DNA of 64,000 bases from Patescibacteria group bacterium. GTDB taxonomy: Bacteria; Patescibacteriota; Microgenomatia; Levybacterales; GWA1-39-11. The position numbers and the translations under genes are program-made. The notes beneath the pieces are model-generated. The model was not told where the DNA came from and ran no database searches. It saw only the letters and a program-made list of their open reading frames with translations. The stretch covers positions 13,324 through 77,323 of the forward strand of contig DASZRG010000036.1 of NCBI GenBank assembly GCA_035549295.1, read 5' to 3'. Positions 48,388-57,538 of the stretch are shown piece by piece (the first letter of the stretch is position 1; each line of letters begins with the position of its first letter).

Positions 48388-49263
48388 TTATGTGAGGGTT
48401 AATATATGACCACTTTCTTTTTGAGTTGCTAAGTATGCAATTCCACGAGCCGCTTCAGGTGGAGTGATAAGCCGCCCCATCGGTGATCGCCTACCCATTA
48501 GCTCTACCGCGCGCTGACCCTTGGTATCCAAAGCATCAACCATTTCTGTGCGAATCGGGCCTGGCCTAAATATTCCAAAATGAATCGCTTTTGTGCTCCC
48601 AGATCTTGCGAATGACTTAATCATCGCTTCTCCTCCAGCTTTTACAAATGAGTAGTTGGGCTGGTCTTGATTACCTACCATAGATATACTACTTACGTAT
48701 ACCATGTTTAGATCTTCTGAATTGTTTTGTGTAAGCATTTGTCGAGCAATTGCTTGAGCCGGAAAAAAAGTCAAATCGGCATTTCCATGTACGGCATACC
48801 ATTGCTCAGGAGTCATTTCTATTGGATTCGACTCATCAAGAACAGCAGCATTTAAAACGCCAATATCTATGCGACCAAATCTTTCGGTCGTTTCGCGAAC
48901 CGCTTTTGCAGCAGCCTCTGGATCTCTCAAATCTCCAATTACGGCAATTGCATCTCCACCTGCTGCTATAATCTCGTCAACTACTTGATTAGTTCTCGCA
49001 ACATCGCGACCATTCACTGCTACTCTTGATCCAAGCTCTGAAAGAAGAAGGGCGGTTGCCTTTCCAACACCAGAACTTGCACCAGTAATTATAGACACCC
49101 TATCTTTAATTCTTGCTGGATCTACAACGATTTTGTCTGGATCGCTCAATATTTCTGGGCCAAATTCGTCGCGGAAGGCATCGCGTCCAATGGTTGGTAC
49201 AAATCGTGAGGTTACTCCATCGAATTGATGTCTATAAACGGGGTCAAGATCAACGTCTGACAT
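48388..49263 (-). CDS. SDR family oxidoreductase
   Basis: TGASSGVG, FGRID, YSFVK (YxxxK), PGPIRT. Confidence 0.85.
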   Translation of the reverse strand: MSDVDLDPVYRHQFDGVTSRFVPTIGRDAFRDEFGPEILSDPDKIVVDPARIKDRVSIITGASSGVGKATALLLSELGSRVAVNGRDVARTNQVVDEIIAAGGDAIAVIGDLRDPEAAAKAVRETTERFGRIDIGVLNAAVLDESNPIEMTPEQWYAVHGNADLTFFPAQAIARQMLTQNNSEDLNMVYVSSISMVGNQDQPNYSFVKAGGEAMIKSFARSGSTKAIHFGIFRPGPIRTEMVDALDTKGQRAVELMGRRSPMGRLITPPEAARGIAYLATQKESGHILTLT

Positions 49264-49463
49264 ATTATTTATTCAAAAGATGATACTATCCACATTCAAT
49301 TCAGTCAAGGGGCATGTTGTGAAATAGTGATTAGAAACTAGATATTAGTGACTAGGAGAAATAAATAGAGATAAAAGATATGAGATATAAGACTAAAGAT
49401 AAGTGATGAAAAAAAATTTGATTTTGGATTATTTTAAAAAAAGGATTTATTTACGAATATCTT

Positions 49464-50588
49464 TTATTTAGTCTCTGAAGGAGTTGATTCGTCAGAAGCA
49501 CTCATGTGAAGATCGGATGTAACTTTCTGCCATGCTTTTTTGTATGCTTCAGGTTCTGCTTTCTTAAACTCTTTAAAAACTTCTGTAAACGTTTTTAGTG
49601 TATTCTGCCTCTCGGTGATTACTTGATTTGCTGCTTGAAGCCTATTTGACAACCAATCAATCGCGATAATATCTGACGGGGCATCTGCTGCCATGTCTCT
49701 TGAAACCTCAGAGTCTCTTTTGTAATTTGCATATTGGTCAACGTTCATATCAAGCACTACCCCCATAAGCCCTTCGTGTTGAAACTGATCTTTTCTTCTT
49801 TGAAATTCTTCTTCTGATATAACATTGTTACCTTGCGTAAAGCTCTCATAATCTACTTCAACACCAAAAAGTGCACTTTTTGAAGTAACAAAACTTGCAT
49901 TGACCCGTGGAGCTCCAAGATAAACTATTCGTTTTATATCAAGCAATTTTTTACCAGCCTCTTCCCCAATAATTCGCTTCATATTACCTTCTACTCTCGC
50001 GCCGGCTCCGTCCACGTCATACATTTGCTGCCCTGACTCTAATGCTCGTGCGTCTGCAAATCCGCGAGGTGTATCGACAGATGCTTCGCCTGTTCTGTAT
50101 TGAATAGTTCTAAAAAAGTGTAGTTTTCCTTCCCGATCTGTGGCATACGGAGCAAGTATCATATGTGGACCTTCTGCAACCGTGGGTCGCTCAAACCCTG
50201 ATTGAATATTATCTGAGTTAACACCCTGCACCATCGCAGTAACTTTTTGGTTGGAATTTCCAATAGAAGCAACTCCTAGTAACTCAGTGGTCACACCTTG
50301 ACCTGCCAGTTGATCCTGTAATTCCGCTAGACTCAAAACTTTAAGGTTACCATCTTCTCGTACAATAAACTCTTCAAAGTGAGAATTTAAATCAACACTT
50401 CCTCCCAAAGTTCCACGCGGCTTTCCCGCGATACCCTCCATATATTTAGCAAGTGGTACAATATCCAGTTTGCCTGCCATCATCTCATTTACTTTATCAA
50501 GAGCACCTTGGTTAGCAAGTTCGTGCTGTTCACCTACTGGCTTACTGTGCTCTATTGCCGGAAGTACGTCTGCCCCTATTTCGGTCAT
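49464..50588 (-). CDS. Hypothetical protein (possible degenerate NUDIX fold)
   Basis: 374 aa; QYR...DTPRGF...IIGEEAG weakly Nudix-like. Confidence 0.6.
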   Translation of the reverse strand: MTEIGADVLPAIEHSKPVGEQHELANQGALDKVNEMMAGKLDIVPLAKYMEGIAGKPRGTLGGSVDLNSHFEEFIVREDGNLKVLSLAELQDQLAGQGVTTELLGVASIGNSNQKVTAMVQGVNSDNIQSGFERPTVAEGPHMILAPYATDREGKLHFFRTIQYRTGEASVDTPRGFADARALESGQQMYDVDGAGARVEGNMKRIIGEEAGKKLLDIKRIVYLGAPRVNASFVTSKSALFGVEVDYESFTQGNNVISEEEFQRRKDQFQHEGLMGVVLDMNVDQYANYKRDSEVSRDMAADAPSDIIAIDWLSNRLQAANQVITERQNTLKTFTEVFKEFKKAEPEAYKKAWQKVTSDLHMSASDESTPSETK

Positions 50589-50674
50589 AATTTTAATATT
50601 CTAACACAGAAATTCGTTTTTAAATGGAGTCACAGATTATATAAAATCTTAAATGATTCACCGTGAAGGACTTT

Positions 50675-53425
50675 TTATGGAATTATAGGGTAGTGGCATT
50701 TCTTCCATTTTTTACCAGAACCACAAGGACAGGGGTCGTTGCGGCCGAGTTTTCTGGCGGAGCCAGATCCAGCTTCGCTGGATTTTTCCTTTGAATCGTT
50801 GCTGAGATTGCTTTGTCGCTTCGCTCCTCGCAATGACGAGGGTTTTTTTTCTTCTCCTACCTCTGATTCGGGGGTGTTGACTGATACGTTTTGGCGGACT
50901 TCGACTTGTGGAACAATTTCTGCGAGATTTACTCTAAATGCGCGGTGAGATATCTCATCGTCGATTGAATCTACAAGTCGTTCAAACATATTGAACGATT
51001 CATTTTTATACTCGATAAGCGGATCACGCTGTCCATAACCACGAAGTCCTATACCAGTCCTGAGATCTTCCATAGCTGTTAGGTGGTCCATCCAGAGATT
51101 ATCTATAGTTGATAGGGATATTGCTTTATAAACTTGGGCCAAATGTTCTCGACTAAACTGCTTCTCCCAAGTATCGACAAGCTGTTTGGCAAGACCAACC
51201 AAGAAATCTGTTACCTCCTCAGCAGAATGGAATTGCTCTGATTGTTCATATAGATGTTTTCTAGAGTGCTCATCGAATGGAATGATGTTTGCAAACTCTT
51301 CGATCATATTTTTTCTACCATCTTCGACCATTTCAGAGTACAAATTCATTTGGACAATACTTGCAATTGATGCCTCGACCTTACTAAGAGTTGAGTCAAT
51401 AATATCTTCTTTGTTGGCAACTATCGCGCGGCGATTATCGTAAATTATTTCTCTTTGTTTGTTGAGAACATCGTCGTAGTCAAGAAGATTTTTTCGAATT
51501 TCAAAATTGTATCCTTCGACTTTTACTTGAGCCTGTTCAATAACTCTTGAAACGAGACCATGAGCCAAAGGTTGGTCTTCTGGGAAATTAAATCGCGTCA
51601 TAAGACCTGAAATCTGATCTCCTCCAAAAACGCGCATGAGATCATCTTCAAGAGATACAATAAACACAGATCGTCCCGGATCTCCTTGACGACCTGCACG
51701 CCCACGAAGCTGATTGTCGATCCTTCGAGACTCGTGCTTTTCAGTACCAATAACACATAGTCCGCCCTTTTTAAGAACTTCATCGTGCTCTTTTTCCCAT
51801 TTTTTCATGTGTTCGGCAAATCTTTTCTCGCCAGCTTTTCCTGAATACTCGACATCGAATTTGGATGGAGGTTGACCACCAAGAATAATATCAACTCCAC
51901 GACCTGCCATGTTGGTCGCAACTGTGACGGCATTGACTCGGCCCGCTTCACGAATAATAGCAGCTTCTTTTACATGGTTTTTCGCATTTAGGACTTCGTG
52001 TTTTATTCCGCGACGCTTTAGAGCTTCCGAAATAGTTTCGTTCTTATCAATTGATGTTGTACCAACAAGAACTGGTTGACCTTTTTTGTGAGCCTCCTCA
52101 ATCTGGTCAACAACGGCTTTTACTTTTGCATGATTTGTTTTGTAAATTTGGTCTCCCTGATCGTCACGAACCATCTCGCGGTGTGTCGGAATAACTATGA
52201 CGTCGAGTTTGTAAATTTTCTGGAACTCCTCTGCCTCTGTTACAGCAGTTCCTGTCATACCACCAAGTTTTTCATACATTCTGAAGTAATTCTGCAGAGA
52301 GACTGTTGCGAGAGTTTTGGACTCTTGTTGAATCGGTACATTTTCTTTTGCTTCAATCGCTTGGTGAAGACCCTCAGACAGTCTTCTACCTTCAAGAAGA
52401 CGTCCTGTAAATTCATCAACTAAAATAACTTGATTATCACGAACTATATAGTCTCGGTCTTTGTGAAAAAGCGTGTTTGCTTTGAGCGCTGCCTCGATGT
52501 GATAGACTGTGTCAAAATCTTTTTCATAAATATCTTTTACACCATAAAGCTTTTCAACTTTTTCAATTCCTTGATCTGTAAGATGAGCCGTACGGGACTT
52601 CTCATCTATTTTATAATCGGTCTCGGACGTCAAGCGATCGACCATATTGGCATATTCGTAATATTTTTGAGATGGCGTTGCATCAGGCATGGAGATAATA
52701 TGAGGAGTACGTGCCTCATCGATAAGAACTGAGTCCACCTCATCGATAACCGCGAAGTAATGATCGGTCTGCACCATCTGAGACTCTTCAGAAACCATAT
52801 TGTCGCGAAGATAATCAAATCCGAATTCTGAATTTATCCCATAAACAATATTGGCTTGATAGGCTTCACGACGCGATATCGGCTTCAAGTGGACGAGTCG
52901 ATAGTCAGATGCTTGATTGTCAGTAAATGTAGGATCGTAAAGAAATGAAGTCTCTGAAATAATAGATGAAACTGTCATTCCCAAGAAACTAAAAACAGCA
53001 CCCATCCATCCAGCATCACGACGAGCGAGATAATCGTTAACAGTAACGAGATGAACCGTGGCACCAGTCAAAGCATTGAGATACAGTGCAGGAACTGCTG
53101 ACAGCGTCTTTCCTTCTCCCGTCTTTTGCTCCGCAACTGCACCTCTTGCAAGAGCTGTTGCCGCCATGAGCTGAACATCATATGGCCTCATACCAACGCT
53201 TCTATGAGCTGCCTCACGAACGAGAGCAAATGCTTCTGGTAAAATTAGGAATATGCTTTCGCCTTCAGCAATTCTCTTTTTGAATTCTTCAGTTTTTTTG
53301 GGGAAGTCAGAATCTTTTAGTTTCTTTGTTTTTTCCTCCAGCGCATTTATTTGATCAACAATAGGAGCAAGTTTTTTTACTTCGCGGTCATTTGAGTCAA
53401 ATAGTTTTGTGAGACTTCCAAACAT
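50675..53425 (-). CDS. secA: Preprotein translocase ATPase SecA
   Basis: KTGEGKT, DEVDSVLIDEARTP, ATNMAGRG, QLRGRAGRQGDPG, GRNDPCPCGSGKKWKKCH. Confidence 0.98.
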   Translation of the reverse strand: MFGSLTKLFDSNDREVKKLAPIVDQINALEEKTKKLKDSDFPKKTEEFKKRIAEGESIFLILPEAFALVREAAHRSVGMRPYDVQLMAATALARGAVAEQKTGEGKTLSAVPALYLNALTGATVHLVTVNDYLARRDAGWMGAVFSFLGMTVSSIISETSFLYDPTFTDNQASDYRLVHLKPISRREAYQANIVYGINSEFGFDYLRDNMVSEESQMVQTDHYFAVIDEVDSVLIDEARTPHIISMPDATPSQKYYEYANMVDRLTSETDYKIDEKSRTAHLTDQGIEKVEKLYGVKDIYEKDFDTVYHIEAALKANTLFHKDRDYIVRDNQVILVDEFTGRLLEGRRLSEGLHQAIEAKENVPIQQESKTLATVSLQNYFRMYEKLGGMTGTAVTEAEEFQKIYKLDVIVIPTHREMVRDDQGDQIYKTNHAKVKAVVDQIEEAHKKGQPVLVGTTSIDKNETISEALKRRGIKHEVLNAKNHVKEAAIIREAGRVNAVTVATNMAGRGVDIILGGQPPSKFDVEYSGKAGEKRFAEHMKKWEKEHDEVLKKGGLCVIGTEKHESRRIDNQLRGRAGRQGDPGRSVFIVSLEDDLMRVFGGDQISGLMTRFNFPEDQPLAHGLVSRVIEQAQVKVEGYNFEIRKNLLDYDDVLNKQREIIYDNRRAIVANKEDIIDSTLSKVEASIASIVQMNLYSEMVEDGRKNMIEEFANIIPFDEHSRKHLYEQSEQFHSAEEVTDFLVGLAKQLVDTWEKQFSREHLAQVYKAISLSTIDNLWMDHLTAMEDLRTGIGLRGYGQRDPLIEYKNESFNMFERLVDSIDDEISHRAFRVNLAEIVPQVEVRQNVSVNTPESEVGEEKKPSSLRGAKRQSNLSNDSKEKSSEAGSGSARKLGRNDPCPCGSGKKWKKCHYPIIP
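50804..50837. repeat. Single palindromic arm inside the secA coding sequence
   Basis: GAGATTGCTTTGTCGCTTCGCTCCTCGCAATGAC, same subtype as the GIY-YIG arms; read as SLRGAKRQSNL. Confidence 0.85.
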
Positions 53426-53538
53426 AAGTTAGTGACTAGATACTAGATATTAGTAACTAGGAATTGAGGTTATATTTTAGCACATCCCAGGCTCAAATAC
53501 TAAATGCGAATTGCTAGTTTAAATTCTTACTAAAGAGT

Positions 53539-53642
53539 GTCATTCTGAACCCCCATTTAATCGGGGGAACCTTGATTCAGAATCTCTAATCGAGACCCCG
53601 GATCCCGTGAGCTTCGCTCATGGTAAACAAGTCTGGAGTGAC
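53539..53642. repeat. GTCAT...GTGAC palindromic element (CTGA subtype)
   Basis: GTCATTCTGAACCCCCATTTAATCGGGGGAACCTTGATTCAGAATCTC...GAGACCCCGGA[insert]AACAAGTCTGGAGTGAC. Confidence 0.88.
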
Positions 53643-53800
53643 AAGTTTCTATTCGGGTTATTCGGAGTAAACATTCGGATAAATTCGCGTCTAAATGAAT
53701 TCGCCCCCCACTAATTACTCAGTGAGGGGCAGAATACCATTTGATCAATTGGTATTCCGAATTAAATCGGAATCCAACCGTAAACTAGTTAAATTCTAGC

Positions 53801-53833
53801 TTATTTCTTCTTCTTCTTTTTTTTAGCAGCCAT
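53801..53833 (-). CDS. Putative 10-aa lysine-rich micropeptide MAAKKKKKKK
   Basis: ATG GCT GCT AAA AAA AAG AAG AAG AAG AAA TAA, preceded by GGGAGGTG 6 nt upstream. Confidence 0.55.
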   Translation of the reverse strand: MAAKKKKKKK

Positions 53834-54075
53834 TATAAACACCTCCCGTCGCTTCTGAAAAAAATTCAGAAATTAGGATAATTTAATCGTGAATAATTAG
53901 TATCGATTTGTCAAGAAAAATACGTTGCTTCAAAAGTAATAATTTGGATTGATATATCAGTCAAAATCAAAAAATAAAATATGCATTTTTGTAGGCACAA
54001 AAATGGAAAAATAATTTAGATTTTTTTGGCCGCAATTAGGAAACATTTGTATTGTTTTAATGCGGCACAAAGGAT

Positions 54076-55311
54076 CTATTTCTTAGGCGAGATTTTTTCG
54101 AGGTTTATGTAGTTTCTTAAAACTTCGGGAATAACAACAGATCCATCCTCTTGCTGGTAGTTCTCGAGAATCGCAATAAGCGTACGCCCTATCGCAAATC
54201 CCGTCGCATTAAGAGTATGCACAAATTCTTTTTCAGCACCTTTCTGGTACTTTATATTGAGTCCTCTCGCTTGAAAATCAGTAAGAGTTGATGCAGATGT
54301 CATTTCTCGATATTTATTCTGCGTTGGAATCCATGCTTCAATATCAAATTTACGGGCCTGGACAAAACCCAGGTCCCCCGTACACATTTTCACTATTTGA
54401 TATGGGACATCAAGTGCCTGGAACAGTTTTTCCTCAATCGCAAGCAAATGCTTCTGCTCAGCGTCGCTATTTTCTGGAGTTGTATAAGAGACTAACTCAA
54501 CTTTGTCGAATTGATGGACTCTCAAAATTCCCTTCGTATCTTTTCCATAACTTCCTGCCTCACGACGAAATGCTGATGAGAAAGCAACGTAACGACGTGG
54601 AAGATCTCGTTCAAGAAATGTTTCATCCATATGCATTGCAACGGTTGAATGCTCGGCTGTTCCAACAAGTGTCAGACCATCTTTTTCAAGATGGAACATA
54701 TCCCCTGCCCCACCATTCTCCATATATCCAACCCTCTTCATAGTCTCGGTCTTAATAATTTCAGGTGGAATAATCGGAATAAATCCGTCCTTTATAAGCA
54801 TGTCGAACACCAACTGAACAAGTGCAAATTCTAGAAGTACTCCTTCGTTTTTGAGGTATGCAAATCGAGCGCCTGATACTTTTGCGGCTCGATCAATATC
54901 TATAATGTCGAGAAGTTGACCAAGTTCTACATGATCACGTGGCTCGAACGAAAATTGAGTTGGTTCCTTGTGAGTTCTTATGACTTCATTATCGTTTTCA
55001 TCAGGACCGACTTTGACGTCATCGGCTGGCATATTTGGAATCGCCCAAACAAGTGCTTCTAGTTGTTCTTGTAATTCTCTTAACTTTGCTTCATGAGTTC
55101 CAACCTCTGCTTTTAGTTCTCGTCCACCCTCGATATCTCTTTCTTTTGCTGCTCGGTTACGCTGAGTATATAGTTCCTGCAGGGCGCGAGATAATTCACG
55201 CACTTCTTCATCGAGCCTTAATATCTCCTCAACAGGAACGATTATATTTTTGGCGGCAGCGCCCTCTGCAACTTTTTCGGGATTCTCTCTGATGAATTTA
55301 AGATCTAACAT
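54076..55311 (-). CDS. serS: Serine--tRNA ligase
   Basis: MLDLKFIRENP, GTAE, FRREAGSYGKDTKGILRVHQFDKVE, HTLN, ILENYQ. Confidence 0.97.
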   Translation of the reverse strand: MLDLKFIRENPEKVAEGAAAKNIIVPVEEILRLDEEVRELSRALQELYTQRNRAAKERDIEGGRELKAEVGTHEAKLRELQEQLEALVWAIPNMPADDVKVGPDENDNEVIRTHKEPTQFSFEPRDHVELGQLLDIIDIDRAAKVSGARFAYLKNEGVLLEFALVQLVFDMLIKDGFIPIIPPEIIKTETMKRVGYMENGGAGDMFHLEKDGLTLVGTAEHSTVAMHMDETFLERDLPRRYVAFSSAFRREAGSYGKDTKGILRVHQFDKVELVSYTTPENSDAEQKHLLAIEEKLFQALDVPYQIVKMCTGDLGFVQARKFDIEAWIPTQNKYREMTSASTLTDFQARGLNIKYQKGAEKEFVHTLNATGFAIGRTLIAILENYQQEDGSVVIPEVLRNYINLEKISPKK

Positions 55312-55366
55312 GTTGATAAGTTAATGTGTTAACGAGTTAAAGGGTTAACGGGTTCAATTATATCTC

Positions 55367-55918
55367 TTATTTTGATTTTTGACTACCGTCTAGGAAATTT
55401 TTAAACTTTGCGAGGGCTCGACCCCGATGAGAAATTTTGTGTTTGTCTGCCGGGTCCATTTCAGCAAACGTCATACTATATCCATCCGGCATTACAATAG
55501 GATCAAAACCAAAACCATTTTCCCCTCGCCTCTCGACTATTGTTCCATTAAATTCTCCAATAAATGTATGGATCTTTTTTCCGTCGTGATATGAAATAGC
55601 ATCAACTGCTCGCATTTTTTTTGACACACTATCAAGCATTCGCGAAATTCCGTCGTAGCCAACAGACTCATTTAAAAATTTTATAAAGGGTCCAGGAAAT
55701 CCATTCCATGCTTCAAAATAAACACCAACGTCGTCAACTATTACGGGTTTTTTAACTTTTTCGAATGCTGCTTCAGCTTTTTTGCGGGAAACATACTCAA
55801 GATCCATACTCTGCACCTCATCAACGTCAATATTCACCGCAACAAGCGGCAAATCAAGAATCTCCGAAAATTCCTTTAATTTTCCTTTATTCGTAGTTGA
55901 AAGATATATCTTTTTCAC
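55367..55918 (-). CDS. Non-canonical purine NTP pyrophosphatase (RdgB/HAM1)
   Basis: TTNKGKLKE, DD.G, GFPGPFIK, GFGFDP, KISHRGRA. Confidence 0.92.
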   Translation of the reverse strand: MKKIYLSTTNKGKLKEFSEILDLPLVAVNIDVDEVQSMDLEYVSRKKAEAAFEKVKKPVIVDDVGVYFEAWNGFPGPFIKFLNESVGYDGISRMLDSVSKKMRAVDAISYHDGKKIHTFIGEFNGTIVERRGENGFGFDPIVMPDGYSMTFAEMDPADKHKISHRGRALAKFKNFLDGSQKSK

Positions 55919-55969
55919 TTTCAGCAGTATATCAAAGTTGTAAGCTTTTTATCATGATATAATTACGCC

Positions 55970-56596
55970 ATGATTAAGGCTGTTATTTTCGACGTTGACG
56001 GTGTGTTAATTGATTCTTTTGAAGCAAATTTAAGATTTTTCGAAAACTTAATGGTAAAAGCGGGCTATCCAAAACCTAAGCGTGAGGAATTTCATGAGTT
56101 ATTCCATCTGAGTATGATGGATACAATAAAAGCGCTAACGAAATTAAATTCGGAAGAAGAATTACGAAAAATTTGGAATATGGGAAAAAGTAGAGAGGTC
56201 AACTACCCCGTCGATCTATTAGCTACGCCTGAGGGAATGGAAAAAACAATACTTGATCTCAATAAAAATTATACGCTTGGAATTGTATCCAACAGAGTCA
56301 AAGAAAGTGTTTATGAGGCACCAAGGCTTGCAAAACTAAAAGATCATTTTAAATCAACAATTACATATGAGGATACGATAAATCATAAACCAAACCCTGA
56401 ACCACTTTTACTTGCAGCGAGCGAACTAGATATTGAACCACGAAGTATCGTTTATGTTGGAGATGCGGAAAATGATCTGATAGCAGGAAAAGCAGCTGGA
56501 ATGAAAGTCATAGCATATTCACCCAACAAATATAAAAACACGGACGCTCAAGCTTTGTTATTCACCGATCTTCCTGCAATAATTAGAACATTATGA
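55970..56596 (+). CDS. HAD family phosphatase
   Basis: FDVDGVLIDS, KPNPEP, YVGDA.ND. Confidence 0.9.
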   Translation: MIKAVIFDVDGVLIDSFEANLRFFENLMVKAGYPKPKREEFHELFHLSMMDTIKALTKLNSEEELRKIWNMGKSREVNYPVDLLATPEGMEKTILDLNKNYTLGIVSNRVKESVYEAPRLAKLKDHFKSTITYEDTINHKPNPEPLLLAASELDIEPRSIVYVGDAENDLIAGKAAGMKVIAYSPNKYKNTDAQALLFTDLPAIIRTL

Positions 56597-57537
56597 TAAA
56601 CATTCAAATACCAAATTGGCAAGAACATGAACTACTCGACACCGGAAACGGCCGAAAGCTTGAGCGTTTTGGAAAATATATTCTAAATCGCATTGAACCA
56701 CAAGCAACGTGGCATCAAACTCTGAGCGAGTCAGAATGGCACAAAGCAGATGCTGTTTTTCGAAAAGCTAGTGACCGCGGTGGAAATTGGGAACTAAAAA
56801 AACAAATCCCAGGGAAGTGGACAATGTCATATGAAAGTCTGAAACTTGAACTTCGACTTACACCATTTGGACATGTGGGAGTTTTTCCGGACCAGTCAAA
56901 TCAGTGGGAATGGATTTCAAATAAAATCAAACAAAGAAGTCATCCTGAACCCCGATTGAATCGGGGGAACCTTGTTTCAGGATCTCAAGCTGAGACCCCG
57001 GAACAAGTCCGGGGTGACAAAGCTGTAAATGTTTTGAGTTTGTTTACTTATACTGGTGCTTCGACTCTAGAGGCGGCGGCGGCGGGCGCTCATGTAACTC
57101 ATGTTGATGCATCAAAACCAGCTATAACTTGGGCACGAGAAAACCAGAGAATATCAGGACTAACTGACAAACCTATTCGCTGGATCCCTGAGGATGCTTT
57201 AAAGTTTGTAAAACGAGAAGTAAGACGAAATTCACGCTACGACGCGATCATAATGGACCCTCCGAAATTTGGACGAGGAACTCAAGGAGAAGTTTGGAAA
57301 TTTGAAGAATCATTTCCAGAACTTATAGACTATTGTCGACAGATACTTTCAGATAACCCACTGTTCATACTTACGACTGCATATGCGATCCCTGTCTCGT
57401 CAATTTCTCTTGCAAATATGATCTCAGATGCAACTCGTAAGCTAAAAGGGAATATTGAGTATGGAGAACTAGCACTTAAACAAACATCAAACGAAAAACT
57501 TTTACCAACCGCCATTTTCTGTAAATGGGAGCGTTAA
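56593..57537 (+). CDS. Class I SAM-dependent methyltransferase (RlmI/RlmK-like) carrying an in-frame repeat insertion
   Basis: LLDTGNGRKLERFG, FGHVGVFP, LFTYTG, HVDAS, IMDPPKFGRG. Confidence 0.88.
   Translation: MINIQIPNWQEHELLDTGNGRKLERFGKYILNRIEPQATWHQTLSESEWHKADAVFRKASDRGGNWELKKQIPGKWTMSYESLKLELRLTPFGHVGVFPDQSNQWEWISNKIKQRSHPEPRLNRGNLVSGSQAETPEQVRGDKAVNVLSLFTYTGASTLEAAAAGAHVTHVDASKPAITWARENQRISGLTDKPIRWIPEDALKFVKREVRRNSRYDAIIMDPPKFGRGTQGEVWKFEESFPELIDYCRQILSDNPLFILTTAYAIPVSSISLANMISDATRKLKGNIEYGELALKQTSNEKLLPTAIFCKWER
56939..57018. repeat. Complete palindromic element in frame within the methyltransferase gene
   Basis: GTCATCCTGAACCCCGATTGAATCGGGGGAACCTTGTTTCAGGATCTC...GAGACCCCGGAACAAGTCCGGGGTGAC. 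Confidence 0.92.
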
Positions 57538-57538
57538 T

